From: an uncultured Gemmatimonadales bacterium
GTDB lineage: Bacteria > Gemmatimonadota > Gemmatimonadetes > Longimicrobiales > RSA9
DNA length: 64,000 bases
Assembly (NCBI GenBank): GCA_963783305.1
Contig: CAWAMW010000007.1
Coordinates: 32,001-96,000 of the forward strand
Reading direction: 5' to 3'
In this document: in pieces, positions 17,031-26,966 of the stretch
How the letters are laid out: each line of letters opens with the position of its first letter
How positions within the stretch are numbered: the first letter of the stretch is position 1
Made by a program: the position numbers and the translations under genes
The notes under the pieces: generated by a model
The model's database searches: none
Seen by the model: the letters and a program-made list of their open reading frames with translations, nothing else
What the model was told of the DNA's origin: nothing

Positions 17031-20006
17031 CTACGACCCTTCCCGCCCGAACCAGATCCCCCGCACACGCCCCGCGTCGAGCGTAAACCCCACCACCCGG
17101 TCCCCCTCGCGCTGGAACCGCAGCGTGAGCGGTCCGCGCCGAAACACGCCCGGCCCCGTGGGGGCCATGGCGCCGTCCATCCAGTTGCCCACGTGGAGGT
17201 GCAGCGCGCCGTCATCCAGCGTGACGCGGTAGATGGCGTCGAGCTCAGCGGCACGGTAGGCGCCCTCGTACGTGCGCAGCTCTTCGGTGCGGAGCGAAAT
17301 CGTGTCCACTGGCTCCCGCCCCGTACGTCCGGCGGCCCCGCCTTCCACGGCCGGCCCCATACGGTCGCCCAGTACCGCCGCGCCCACGTCCAGGCTCAGC
17401 CCGGACGGGTCGGCGTCCGCGCGGTTGCAGAGCGTGTAGATCGACACGCCCTCCTCCGGGTAGCGGAGCGATGCCGCGCGGTAGCCCACGAACGCGCCGC
17501 CGTGCGAGACCGTCCGGAGCCCGCGGTGGGTCCCGTGGACCAGTCCGAGCGCGTAGGAGATCGTGTCGCCGGTGCTCAGGACCCCCCGGTCGTGCATGGC
17601 CTCCACGAACCCGGCGCCGCCGACGACCGCGCCGGCATCGAGGTTCCGGTCCCAGGCCGCCAGGTCCTCCACCGAGGTGAAGACGCCGCCATCGCCGATC
17701 ATGGGCAGCGTGGTCATGCTGATGCCGTAGCCGCCCTCCTCGTCGGGGGCGTAGCCCATGGCGCGGTTCGGGACGATGAGGGTGGGGTCGTCGTGGAAGT
17801 GCGTGTGCCGCATCCCCAGCGGCTCGAACATGCGGTCCCGGGCGTACTCCGCCAGCGTGAGCCCGGTCACCCGCTTCACGATCTGCGACAGCAGGAAATA
17901 GCCCGAGTTGCTGTACAGGTGCTCGGAGCCCGGCTCGAAGTTGGGCGCGGTCTGGCGGGCGAGCATGGCGAGGACGTCGTCGTCGGAATACCAGTCGGCG
18001 TCGCGCTTGCCGGCGAGGGACATGAGGGTGAGGTAGTCGCGGACGCCGCTGGTGTGGTGCAGCAGCGACCGGATCGTGAAGCGGGGTCCGAAGTCCGGCA
18101 GCTCCGGGAGGTGCCGGCGAACGGGGTCGTCCAGCGAGATCGAGCCCTCCTGCGCCAGGAGCGCCATCGCCGCCGCGCTGAACTGCTTCGACACTGACCC
18201 GATGCGGAACACCGACGTCGGGCCGAGGCCGATGCCGTGGTCCAGGTCGGCCATGCCGTAGCCGCGTCCGAACACGAGCTCGCCCGCGGCCATCACGCCC
18301 ACCGCGCACCCGGGCGACCGGGTCGAGTCATAGGCGCGGAAAACCGAGTCGATCCCGGCGGTGTCGAGGGTCAGCGGCACGATCGACTGCGGCCGCGCGG
18401 TCGCCCCCATGCTCGCTGGCATCGTTCCGGCGGCCTCCCCGCGCCGCACCACGCGTCCCGGACGGGCCCCCGTGGTCTCACCGTTCTGGTAGACGACCGC
18501 GCCGTTCACCCAGACCCGGTCGATCCCCACGCTGCGGGCGTGCGGCGACTCCGGTGTGGCTCGGTCGCTCACGGCCGCGGGGTCGAACAGGACCAGGTCT
18601 GCGAACGCCCCGGGTCGGATTACGCCCCGTCCCTCGATCCCGGTGTGCGCCGCGGACAGGGCGGTCATCCTGTGCACCGCCGTCTCCAGCGACAGGTGCC
18701 CCGCGCGGACCATGGGCCCCAGGACCCGGGTGAAGGCGCCAAACCCCCGCGGGTGCGCGCCGTCGAGCCCGCCATCGGACGAGACGTTCGTGTGGGGCCA
18801 CTGAAGCAGCCGGGCCACATCGGCCTCGTCCATGCTCGTGGCGATGATGCTCTCTTCGGCGTCCCCGCTCTGCGACCGCTCGATCAGCGCCATGTACGTG
18901 TCGACCGGGTCCTCGCCGCGCTCGCCCGCGACGTCGGCCAGCGTGCGCCCCTCGTACCGGGGCTCCGCCGCGTACCGGGCGATGAGCATGCCCTCCGGGG
19001 GCGCCAGCTCCTCCAGCGCGAAGGTGGCGGCGTCCCGGTCGTCGAACCGACGCTCGGGGAAGAGCACGGTCATGGTGGACTGCCAGTAGGTGTACGGATA
19101 GACGTCCGCCGTGATATCCACGCCCTCCGCGCGGGCGCTGTCCAGGACCGCGATCAGCTCGTCCGCCCGCCCCCAGAGCGACTTCATGGCGAGCTTCATG
19201 TGCGAGACCTGCACCGGAATATCCGCCGCCCGCCCGATGGCGATGGTCTCCCGGATGGCGTCGAAGAGCGTCCGGTCCTCGCTCCGCATGTGGCTGATGT
19301 AGCGACCGCCGCGCTCGCCCGCCGCCCGCGCCAGCGTCACGACCTCGTCGGTGGTGGAATAGATCCCCGGGTCGTACTCGAGCCCCGTGGAGAGACCGAG
19401 AGCCCCGGCGTCCATGTCCCGGCGCAGCAGCCGGGTCATGGCGGCCACTTCGTCCGCCGTGGCGGCGCGTCGGAAGTCGTCCCCCATCACCGCTTCGCGG
19501 ATCGTCCCGTGACCCGCGTACGATGCCACGTTCACCGCGACCCCCGTCTCCTCCACCTGCCGAAAGAACTCCGAGATCGGCAGATGGGAGCCGCCATCCT
19601 GACCGGCGATGATGGTGGTGATGCCCTGGCTCACCGCGCCCGCGGCGTCGGGCAGCCGGAGCAGCGCGGCATCGTGATGGCTGTGGGTGTCGATGAAGCC
19701 TGGCGCCAGCGCCCGGCCGGCCGCGTCCACCACACGCTCCCCCGGCCGCGGCTCCAGACGGCCCACATCGGCGATGCGGTCGCCGTCGATGCGTACATCC
19801 GCTGTCCGCGCGGCCGCGCCGGTCCCGTCGATCAGGCGCGCGCCGCGGATCAGCGTGGTCTCCGCACGGTCCGGGGCCGGTCTCGCGGCGGCGACAGCGG
19901 GGTCGCCCGGTACTCCGCCGGCCGCGCAGCCGGCGAGCACCACCGCGAAGGCGAGGAGCGAGGGGATGGAGCGGGGAGCGGTGGGGTGGCGGCGGTATTC
20001 GCCCAT
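17031..20006 (-). CDS. Lipoprotein fusion: N-acyl-D-amino acid deacylase (amidohydrolase) + beta-lactamase-related serine hydrolase (D-aminopeptidase-like)
   Basis: Lipobox LAGC; PGFIDTHSH, GQDG, SHMRSE, SHMK, DVYPY, HPRGFGAF; then FRIGSVSKQF (SxxK), YSNSGY, HGG. Confidence 0.88.
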   Translation of the reverse strand: MGEYRRHPTAPRSIPSLLAFAVVLAGCAAGGVPGDPAVAAARPAPDRAETTLIRGARLIDGTGAAARTADVRIDGDRIADVGRLEPRPGERVVDAAGRALAPGFIDTHSHHDAALLRLPDAAGAVSQGITTIIAGQDGGSHLPISEFFRQVEETGVAVNVASYAGHGTIREAVMGDDFRRAATADEVAAMTRLLRRDMDAGALGLSTGLEYDPGIYSTTDEVVTLARAAGERGGRYISHMRSEDRTLFDAIRETIAIGRAADIPVQVSHMKLAMKSLWGRADELIAVLDSARAEGVDITADVYPYTYWQSTMTVLFPERRFDDRDAATFALEELAPPEGMLIARYAAEPRYEGRTLADVAGERGEDPVDTYMALIERSQSGDAEESIIATSMDEADVARLLQWPHTNVSSDGGLDGAHPRGFGAFTRVLGPMVRAGHLSLETAVHRMTALSAAHTGIEGRGVIRPGAFADLVLFDPAAVSDRATPESPHARSVGIDRVWVNGAVVYQNGETTGARPGRVVRRGEAAGTMPASMGATARPQSIVPLTLDTAGIDSVFRAYDSTRSPGCAVGVMAAGELVFGRGYGMADLDHGIGLGPTSVFRIGSVSKQFSAAAMALLAQEGSISLDDPVRRHLPELPDFGPRFTIRSLLHHTSGVRDYLTLMSLAGKRDADWYSDDDVLAMLARQTAPNFEPGSEHLYSNSGYFLLSQIVKRVTGLTLAEYARDRMFEPLGMRHTHFHDDPTLIVPNRAMGYAPDEEGGYGISMTTLPMIGDGGVFTSVEDLAAWDRNLDAGAVVGGAGFVEAMHDRGVLSTGDTISYALGLVHGTHRGLRTVSHGGAFVGYRAASLRYPEEGVSIYTLCNRADADPSGLSLDVGAAVLGDRMGPAVEGGAAGRTGREPVDTISLRTEELRTYEGAYRAAELDAIYRVTLDDGALHLHVGNWMDGAMAPTGPGVFRRGPLTLRFQREGDRVVGFTLDAGRVRGIWFGREGS

Positions 20007-20013
20007 GGGCCTC

Positions 20014-21615
20014 CTAGTAGCGTGCGGGTCGTGCGCCCGCCTCGATGGACTGTCGGATGAATTCCCGGATGTCCTGATTGGCCGTGGCCAGGTCCTCCTT
20101 GCGGAGATACATCATGTGTCCGCTGCGGTAGCCCTCGAACCGGAGACGGTCCCGCAGCCGGCCGCTGGGGTCCAGGTTCCACAGGGTGTACTTCGCCGAG
20201 AAATAGTCCGTGGCGCCATCGTAATAGCCGGACTGCACCATGACGTGGAGGAACGGGTTGGCGGCCATGGCCTGGCGCAGGTTCTCGCCCGTGCGGTCGC
20301 CGTCGCCGTTCCAGGGGTGGACGGGGCCGAAGACCCAGTACTGTAGGTCGGTCTGGTAGCCCAGGTCCTGACGCAGGTACTGGTTGATGGCCGGGGCGAA
20401 CGCGTGGTTCCAGGAGATGAGCTCCTGGTTGTGGTCCGGCCGCGTCCCCGCCGCCTGCCGATCCAGCCCGCGGTAGCGAGAGTCCAGCCGGCCCACGGTG
20501 TACCCCTCATCGCGCAGCAGGTCCTTCCAGAAATACGACGTCGGCACCGCCAGGTTGTGATCCAGCACGTCCCGTTCGTCGATCCCCGAGTAGTAGGCCA
20601 CCTGCCGAGCGATCTCCCGTTTCCGCCCGTCCTCCAGCGAGCCGCCGCGCGCCAGCGCCGGGATGTACTCGTCCACCGTGAACCGCTCCACCTCGGGCAG
20701 GATCGCTTCCAGGTCCTGGGACTGCAGTGCCGGCGGGAGCTGATTGTGGTACCACGCGGCGGCCGTGTAGTAGGGGAGCGTCAGCGCATCGCCCACCGGG
20801 CCCGCCCGCTCCACCCCGAGCTCCGTCGGTGAGACCAGGATCACGCCGTTCAGGTACATCCAGTGCGCGTTCTGGAGCTGTGCCGCGAGCCCAGCCACCC
20901 GCGTGGTACCGTAGCTCTCGCCAATCAGGTACTTCGGCGACGCCCACCGACCCTGCCGCGAGACGAACGTGTCGATCCAGCGCGCCAGGTACGCAATGTC
21001 CTCGTTCACCCCGAAGAACTGGCCGCGGTCCGCGTCGTTCAGGATCCGCGAGAAGCCGACGTTCACCGGGTTCACGTACACGATGTCCGCCACGTCCAGG
21101 ATCGAGTGCGGGTTCTCCTCAACGCCGTACGGCTGGATCGGGTATCCCTCGTCGTCGATCCGCACGAGCCGCGGGCCCGTGTAGCCCAGGTGCATCCAGA
21201 CCGACGCCGAGCCGGGCCCGCCGTTGAACGAGATCACCAGCGGCCGCGTGGCCCGGTCCTCCACGTCCGTCCGCTCGTAGTACGTGTACAGCAGTGTCGC
21301 GATCGGCCGCCCGTCCTCGTCCCATACGGGCTGGTTGCCCACCGTCGTCCGGTACGGGACCCGCCGCCCCTCGATCGTGGCCGTGTGGCTGCTGGTGATG
21401 GCGGTGTCCACCATCACCTCACGCGTCTCGCCCTGCTGCGGCCCACGCTCCCCCGGCGACCGCCCCGCACCCCGCTCCTGCGCCAGCGCGGACCCCGGGA
21501 GCACGAGGCAGAGGAGAAGCGCCACGGCAGCGCCGACCCCGGCGCGGGGCCACGTCCACGGGGCGACCCGGGGACCGTCAGCATTCACGCGCGTACGCGC
21601 TGATGTGCTCATCAA
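20014..21615 (-). CDS. Serine carboxypeptidase (peptidase S10)
   Basis: FNGGPGSASVW, GESYGTTR, GYYDGAT, SGHMMY; signal peptide; exact start uncertain. Confidence 0.92.
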   Translation of the reverse strand: MMSTSARTRVNADGPRVAPWTWPRAGVGAAVALLLCLVLPGSALAQERGAGRSPGERGPQQGETREVMVDTAITSSHTATIEGRRVPYRTTVGNQPVWDEDGRPIATLLYTYYERTDVEDRATRPLVISFNGGPGSASVWMHLGYTGPRLVRIDDEGYPIQPYGVEENPHSILDVADIVYVNPVNVGFSRILNDADRGQFFGVNEDIAYLARWIDTFVSRQGRWASPKYLIGESYGTTRVAGLAAQLQNAHWMYLNGVILVSPTELGVERAGPVGDALTLPYYTAAAWYHNQLPPALQSQDLEAILPEVERFTVDEYIPALARGGSLEDGRKREIARQVAYYSGIDERDVLDHNLAVPTSYFWKDLLRDEGYTVGRLDSRYRGLDRQAAGTRPDHNQELISWNHAFAPAINQYLRQDLGYQTDLQYWVFGPVHPWNGDGDRTGENLRQAMAANPFLHVMVQSGYYDGATDYFSAKYTLWNLDPSGRLRDRLRFEGYRSGHMMYLRKEDLATANQDIREFIRQSIEAGARPARY

Positions 21616-21831
21616 AGACTCTCGGATGTGGGTGGTGGAAGATCGTCGCGGGGAGCCGCCCGACGGGCGCCGGTGCTACCTTAGACCGGGCGTCGGGAGG
21701 TGTCAAGAAAGCGCGGACGCACGCCGGGCTGTGCAAGGGACTGGACAAACGGGCCATGCGGGTGCAGAATCGCTCAATGTGCGCCGGTTCGACAGGCGGA
21801 GCTGCGGGCGGGACCGAGGGTGGAGGCTGCA

Positions 21832-22197
21832 GTGCCACGCGTGATACTTCTGGTGGATGCGGACAGCGACAGCAGGACGATCCTCAAGGCGTATCTCGAG
21901 CACCACGGGTACGGCGTGCTGGATACACCGGATGGCGGCGAGGCGCTGGACCTGGCACGCAGTCACGCACCCGACCTCATCATCGGCCCCTTCCCGCTGG
22001 ACGTCCCCGGTCACTCGCCCTTCACGCGCGCGGTGCGGCGCGAGAGCGGCTACGACGGGCCGATCCTGACCGTCTCCGCCAGGGCGCGGCCCGAGGACGT
22101 GGAGGCGGCGGAGTCCATCAGCGATGGCGTCCTCCTGAAGCCGGTCCAGCCGTCCACCGTGCTCGAAGCGGTCCAGCGGCTCCTCGGCGACGGCTAG
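21832..22197 (+). CDS. Stand-alone atypical receiver-domain protein
   Basis: GGAGG RBS + GTG; ILLVDADSDSRTILKAYLEHHGY...PDLIIG...PILTVSA...LLKPV. Confidence 0.8.
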   Translation: MPRVILLVDADSDSRTILKAYLEHHGYGVLDTPDGGEALDLARSHAPDLIIGPFPLDVPGHSPFTRAVRRESGYDGPILTVSARARPEDVEAAESISDGVLLKPVQPSTVLEAVQRLLGDG

Positions 22198-22217
22198 GCC
22201 GTCTCCACCTGGCCCCG

Positions 22218-22718
22218 ATGGACGAAGCCATGCGGAAGATCGAGGCGGAGGGCGCGCGGCTCCACACCGAGCGCCGGGTGGTGCGGTTCCAGGAGGTCGA
22301 CGCCGCCGGGATCGTGTTCTACGCCCGCACGTTCGACTTCTTCCACGACGCCTACGTGGCGTTCCTCCGGGCGCGTGGTGTGCCGCTCGAGGCCGCCCTG
22401 CGGGATGGCACCTGGGCGGCGCCCCTGCGGCACGCCGAGGCGGAGTACCTCCGGCCGCTCCGCTTCGGCGATGCCATCGCCGTCTCCCTCGTCCGCGTCA
22501 ATGTGGGCGAGTCCGACTACAGTATCGGCTACCGCATAGACCTCGACGGCGAGACCGCGTGCGTCGGCCGCACCCACCACGTCACCGTCGACCCCGACAC
22601 GTTCCGCCGCGCACCGGTCCCGCCCGCGCTCCGGCAGGCGCTCGAGGGGGCGGGGCCTGACCGAACGGAGGGGCGCGGCGGGCCCGCGGGGGCTCACGGG
22701 GGAGGACGGCCCGGCTGA
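22218..22718 (+). CDS. Hotdog-fold acyl-CoA thioesterase, probable 1,4-dihydroxy-2-naphthoyl-CoA hydrolase (MenI role)
   Basis: VRFQEVDAAGIVFY...HAEAEYLRPLRFGD; convergent with the men operon. Confidence 0.8.
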   Translation: MDEAMRKIEAEGARLHTERRVVRFQEVDAAGIVFYARTFDFFHDAYVAFLRARGVPLEAALRDGTWAAPLRHAEAEYLRPLRFGDAIAVSLVRVNVGESDYSIGYRIDLDGETACVGRTHHVTVDPDTFRRAPVPPALRQALEGAGPDRTEGRGGPAGAHGGGRPG

Positions 22719-22882
22719 TCACCGCGGCTCCGACGGCTAGTTTCAGCCATAACGGTGCTGTCCACCGTCAGGGCTGCAACCGCCGTCCCGCGACGGCGTG
22801 GTCTTCACCCCTGACGACTGCCGGCGACGGGTCTGCTGAACTCGCAGGCGGAACGACGCACCACTTCAGCGGCAACGTCGCC
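22714..22882. repeat. Dispersed ~170-bp palindromic intergenic repeat, copy 1
   Basis: Homologous to the reverse complement of 41633-41806; units of GCTGAA-N~23-TTCAGC. Confidence 0.75.
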
Positions 22883-22930
22883 TGGCGCTGCGGGACGAGG
22901 AGGGTATGGGCCACGCGGCCGGACCACGGT

Positions 22931-24385
22931 CTACCCGCGGACGGGTCGCAGCAACGGCGCCGCCCGACGCGCGGTGTCCGCCCGGTCCACCTTTCCGGTG
23001 GCGTTCACCGGTAGGGCCTCGAGTACGGCGATTCGCCGGGGGACCTTGAACGGAGCGAGCACCTCCCGCAGCCCGGCGACACGGTCGTCCAGCGACTCCG
23101 GCCGCTCGGCCGCCTCTCCCGACGCGTCGCCCGCCGCCTCCTCGCCCACCGTCACCGCCGCGCAGACGACCTCGCCCCACTCCTCGTCGGGGACGCCGAA
23201 GACGCACGCCTGCCGCACGCCCGGCAGGCGCTCCAGGGCCTGCTCGACCTCCACGGGGTCCACGTTCTCCCCGCCCGTTATGATCCGGTCACCGCGGCGG
23301 CCGAGGACGTGGAGGTTGCCCCGGTGGTCCAGGCGGCCGCGGTCGCCGGTGGCGAGCCAGCCGCCCTCGAGGAGCGGGTCCACCGCGCGGGCGGCGCCGG
23401 TGTCGTCGGGAACGAGGTAGCGGGAGAGGAGGGTGGGTCCGCGAACGAGAATGGCGTCGTCGTCGATCCGGATCTCGGTCCCGGGGAGCGGTGGGCCGGA
23501 GCCGCGCTCGCCGCGCTGGGTGGTGCCGTACGGCTGGGTCGTGACCTGGGAGCAGGCTTCGGTGAGGCCGTAGGTGGTGAGGATGGGCCAGCCGTCATCG
23601 GCGGCGCGTTCGAGGAGGGCGGGGGAGGAGGCGGCGCCGCCCAGGAGCACCGCGCGGAGGTGGTCGGGTGGCGGCGCGGGCGGGTCGAGGTCGAGGATCC
23701 GCTTGAGCACGGTCGGCACGAGCGAGAGGAGCGTGACCCGGTGGCGCCGGACGGAGTCCAGGAGGGTGCGGGGGTCCGTGCCGGGCGCCAGCACCACGGC
23801 GCGCCGGGCCAGCAGGCACCGCGTCACGATGGAGAGCCCGCCGACGTGCCCGACGGGGAGCGGCAGCAGCCATCGGTCGTCATCGTGCCAGCGGAGGTTG
23901 GCCGCGCTGGCGCGGGCGGACGCGGCGAACGCGCGCCGCGACAGGACCACGCCCTTGGGCCGCCCGCTCGTGCCCGACGTCTGCACGATGGCCAGCGGCC
24001 GCTCGTCATCGGGCGGCGGCGCGGGGTCCGGCGCCCGGTCCGCCGCGGTCTCCGCCCGGTCCACCACAATCTCCGCCCGGTCCACCACCCCCGCGGGCGC
24101 GACGGCGGCCACGACCGCGTCGCGCTCGGCGGCCGTCAGCCGCGGGTGCAGGAGGAGGACCGGAGTGCCGAGCGCGATGAGCGCGTGAAGAGTCTCGATC
24201 GTCGCCAGGTCGTTGTGGGCGAGGAGCGCGACGGGCGCATCCCCGGCGAGCCCACACGACCGGAGCCAGCCGACGACCGGTCTCACGCGCTCGGCGAGGT
24301 CGGTGAACGTGAGGGTCTGATGGTCGGTGACGAGCGCGACCCGTTCGGGGGAGTCGGCGGCGGCCGCGAACACCGACAGCGACAC
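22931..24385 (-). CDS. menE: o-succinylbenzoate-CoA ligase
   Basis: TSGTSGRPKGV, TYGLTEACSQ, TGDRG, IITGGENV, GKVDR; men operon context. Confidence 0.9.
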   Translation of the reverse strand: MSLSVFAAAADSPERVALVTDHQTLTFTDLAERVRPVVGWLRSCGLAGDAPVALLAHNDLATIETLHALIALGTPVLLLHPRLTAAERDAVVAAVAPAGVVDRAEIVVDRAETAADRAPDPAPPPDDERPLAIVQTSGTSGRPKGVVLSRRAFAASARASAANLRWHDDDRWLLPLPVGHVGGLSIVTRCLLARRAVVLAPGTDPRTLLDSVRRHRVTLLSLVPTVLKRILDLDPPAPPPDHLRAVLLGGAASSPALLERAADDGWPILTTYGLTEACSQVTTQPYGTTQRGERGSGPPLPGTEIRIDDDAILVRGPTLLSRYLVPDDTGAARAVDPLLEGGWLATGDRGRLDHRGNLHVLGRRGDRIITGGENVDPVEVEQALERLPGVRQACVFGVPDEEWGEVVCAAVTVGEEAAGDASGEAAERPESLDDRVAGLREVLAPFKVPRRIAVLEALPVNATGKVDRADTARRAAPLLRPVRG

Positions 24386-24386
24386 G

Positions 24387-25328
24387 TCAGGCCCCCAGCG
24401 CTATTCCCAGGGCGAACAGCGCGCCGAACACCACGCCCAGCAGGGCCGTGCGTCCCAGCGTAGGGTTGAGCGCCCGGCCGCGGTCGCGGTGCACGCTTCG
24501 GAGGAGTGGGAGTGCGGCCGGGAGCGTGAGGAGCGGGAGCAGCACCCAGGCGGAGAGGCGGTGGGTGAGGAAGAGGATGGGCGGGACCGCGTAGGCAGCC
24601 AGCAGAAGCAGTGCGTATTCCACCACGACCGCTCGTCGGCCGAAGCGCACGGCCAGGGTGCGCTTGCCGGCCACCTCGTCGGTCTCGATGTCCCGCACGT
24701 TGTTCACCACCAGGATCGCCGTCACGAGGGTACCGACGGGTACGGCGGCGATCCACGCCAGCACCGGGACCGCGCCCACCTGCACGAACGCGGTCCCGCA
24801 GACGGCCACCAGGCCGAAGAAGATGAACACCGCGATGTCGCCCAGACCGTTGTAGCCCAGGGGGTACGGCCCGCCCGTGTAGGCGATGGCCGCCGCGATG
24901 GAGAGGAGCCCGATGGCCACGATCACCCAGCCCGCGACCCAGACCAGGTAGACGCCCACCAGCAGCGCCAGGAGGAACGTCAGCGCCGTCGCCCGCCGGA
25001 CCGCGGCTGGAGCGAGCAGTCCCGATTGCACCACCCTCGTGGGGCCGAGTCGGTGCTCGGTGTCGGCACCCTTCTCATAGTCGAACAGGTCGTTCGACAG
25101 GTTGGCGCCCACCTGCAGGAGGAGCGCGCCAAGCAGCGCCGCGAGCGCCGGGCCCCAGCGGAACCCGCCGGCGGCGAACGCGGCGGCCGTGCCCACCACC
25201 ACGGGGGTCACCGCCGCAGGGAGCGTGGCCGGCCGAATGGCCATGACCCAGCGGCGCACGGTGCCCGGCGCGGGCGTCGCGGCGCCCGGCGCCCCGGCGA
25301 CGGAACCCGCGGTGGAACGCGCGCTCAC
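24387..25328 (-). CDS. menA: 1,4-dihydroxy-2-naphthoate polyprenyltransferase
   Basis: [59 protein letters not shown]. Confidence 0.96.
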   Translation of the reverse strand: MSARSTAGSVAGAPGAATPAPGTVRRWVMAIRPATLPAAVTPVVVGTAAAFAAGGFRWGPALAALLGALLLQVGANLSNDLFDYEKGADTEHRLGPTRVVQSGLLAPAAVRRATALTFLLALLVGVYLVWVAGWVIVAIGLLSIAAAIAYTGGPYPLGYNGLGDIAVFIFFGLVAVCGTAFVQVGAVPVLAWIAAVPVGTLVTAILVVNNVRDIETDEVAGKRTLAVRFGRRAVVVEYALLLLAAYAVPPILFLTHRLSAWVLLPLLTLPAALPLLRSVHRDRGRALNPTLGRTALLGVVFGALFALGIALGA

Positions 25329-25341
25329 GCCGCGCTCTTCG

Positions 25342-26202
25342 TCAGGGATAGCGCGGGAACTTGTTGAACTCGGGCTTCCGCTTCTCCAGGAACGCGTTCC
25401 TGCCTTCCTGTCCCTCCTCGGTGAGATAGAAGAGGAGAGTGGCGTCGCCAGCGAGCTGCTGGAGCCCGGCCTGTCCGTCCTCGTCGGCGTTCATGCCGGC
25501 CTTGATCAGGCGGATGGCCATGGGGCTGTTCTGGAGGATCTCCCGGGCCCACTGCACCGACTCCTCCTCCATCTTCGCGTAGGGGACGACGGCGTTCACG
25601 AGCCCCATTTCCAGCGCCTCGTCCGCGGTGTACTGACGGCACAGGAACCAGATCTCCCGCGCCTTCTTCTGGCCGACGATGCGCGCCATGTGCGACGACC
25701 CGTAGCCGCCATCGAAGCTCCCGACCTTCGGACCGGTCTGGCCGAAGATGGCGTTGTCGGCGGCGATGGTGAGGTCGCAGATCATGTGCAGGATGTGCCC
25801 GCCGCCCACGGCGTACCCCGCCACCATGGCGATCACCGGCTTCGGCAGCGTCCGGATCTGCCGCTGCAGGTCCAGCACGTTCAGGCGCGGGATCTTGTCC
25901 GTCCCCACGTACCCGCCCGTGCCCCGGACGCTCTGGTCGCCGCCCGAGCAGAACGCCTTCTCCCCCTGACCCGTGAGCAGCACGACGCCGATGCCACCAT
26001 CGTCCCGGGCGTCATCGAACGCCCGCTTCATCTCGTCGACGGTGAGCGGTGTGAACGCGTTCCGCTTTTCGGGGCGGTTGATGGTGATCTTGGCGATCCC
26101 CTCGTCCGCCTTCTCGTAGATGATCTCCTCGAACCCGAACTCCTCCTGGACCTTCCAGTCGGCGGGGCCCGTACGGTCGACTTCGACGGTGGTGATGCTC
26201 AT
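25342..26202 (-). CDS. menB: 1,4-dihydroxy-2-naphthoyl-CoA synthase
   Basis: [46 protein letters not shown]. Confidence 0.98.
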   Translation of the reverse strand: MSITTVEVDRTGPADWKVQEEFGFEEIIYEKADEGIAKITINRPEKRNAFTPLTVDEMKRAFDDARDDGGIGVVLLTGQGEKAFCSGGDQSVRGTGGYVGTDKIPRLNVLDLQRQIRTLPKPVIAMVAGYAVGGGHILHMICDLTIAADNAIFGQTGPKVGSFDGGYGSSHMARIVGQKKAREIWFLCRQYTADEALEMGLVNAVVPYAKMEEESVQWAREILQNSPMAIRLIKAGMNADEDGQAGLQQLAGDATLLFYLTEEGQEGRNAFLEKRKPEFNKFPRYP

Positions 26203-26966
26203 GCGCTCATGTCCTCTCGTAGCAACTCTGCGATTTCCAGTGGGTGCTCCAGCACCAGGTTGTGTCCCGCATCGGCGACGACGGTGACGGTCGCCCGCGG
26301 CAGCCGCTCCGCCATCTCCGCGGCCAGTCCGCGGAACTTGGCGTCGCGCTCGCCCACGATGATGCGGACCGGCAGGTCGATCTCGGGCAGACGCGGCCGG
26401 TAGTCCGGCATCCGGGCCAGCCCCACCGACCGCAGTGAACGGGCCAGCCCGGTCGCGTCGTGCGCGTGGCGGATCCGGCGCTGATGCGCGACGGCCTCCT
26501 CCGGGAGCCGGGCCTGGGAGGCGAAGAGCGGCAGCGACTCCCAGGCGGCGACGAAGCTATCCAGACCCTCATCGTCCAGCAACCGCGCCCACTCCTCGTC
26601 CCATTGTGCCCGGGCAGCCCGCTCCCCGGAGTCGCCGAGGCCCGGGCTCGCGCCGATGAGCGTTGCGGAGCGGAACAGATCGGGGTGCCGGATCAGGAGC
26701 CCGAGCGCCAGCCGCCCACCCATGGAGTAGCCCGCCAGGTGCGACCCCTCGAAGCCCGACTCCCGAACCCGCTCCGCGAGCCGGTCCAGCTCGGCGTTCC
26801 AGTCCGACGCCTCCGCCTTCGCCTGTCCCGCTGCCGCACCGTGGCCCAGCGCGGCCGGCGCCAGCACCGCGGGCGGCGCCCCGGCCCGGGCCAGCGCATC
26901 CACCACCGGGTCCCACGACCGGGGGGAGCCGGTGAAGCCGTGGAGCAGGACCAGCGACCGCGTCAC
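26199..26966 (-). CDS. menH: SHCHC synthase (alpha/beta hydrolase)
   Basis: [28 protein letters not shown]. Confidence 0.93.
   Translation of the reverse strand: MTRSLVLLHGFTGSPRSWDPVVDALARAGAPPAVLAPAALGHGAAAGQAKAEASDWNAELDRLAERVRESGFEGSHLAGYSMGGRLALGLLIRHPDLFRSATLIGASPGLGDSGERAARAQWDEEWARLLDDEGLDSFVAAWESLPLFASQARLPEEAVAHQRRIRHAHDATGLARSLRSVGLARMPDYRPRLPEIDLPVRIIVGERDAKFRGLAAEMAERLPRATVTVVADAGHNLVLEHPLEIAELLREDMSA

Noticed and set aside
22714..22882. CRISPR array (also 41633-41806 and 56291-56456)
   Set aside because: Conserved parts are only 6-8-nt inverted motifs or spacer-less tandem units; no cas genes
24049..24088. 21-bp in-frame duplication inside menE (VVDRAE-IVVDRAE)
   Set aside because: Real, but it lies in a variable linker and keeps the frame, so it is probably neutral
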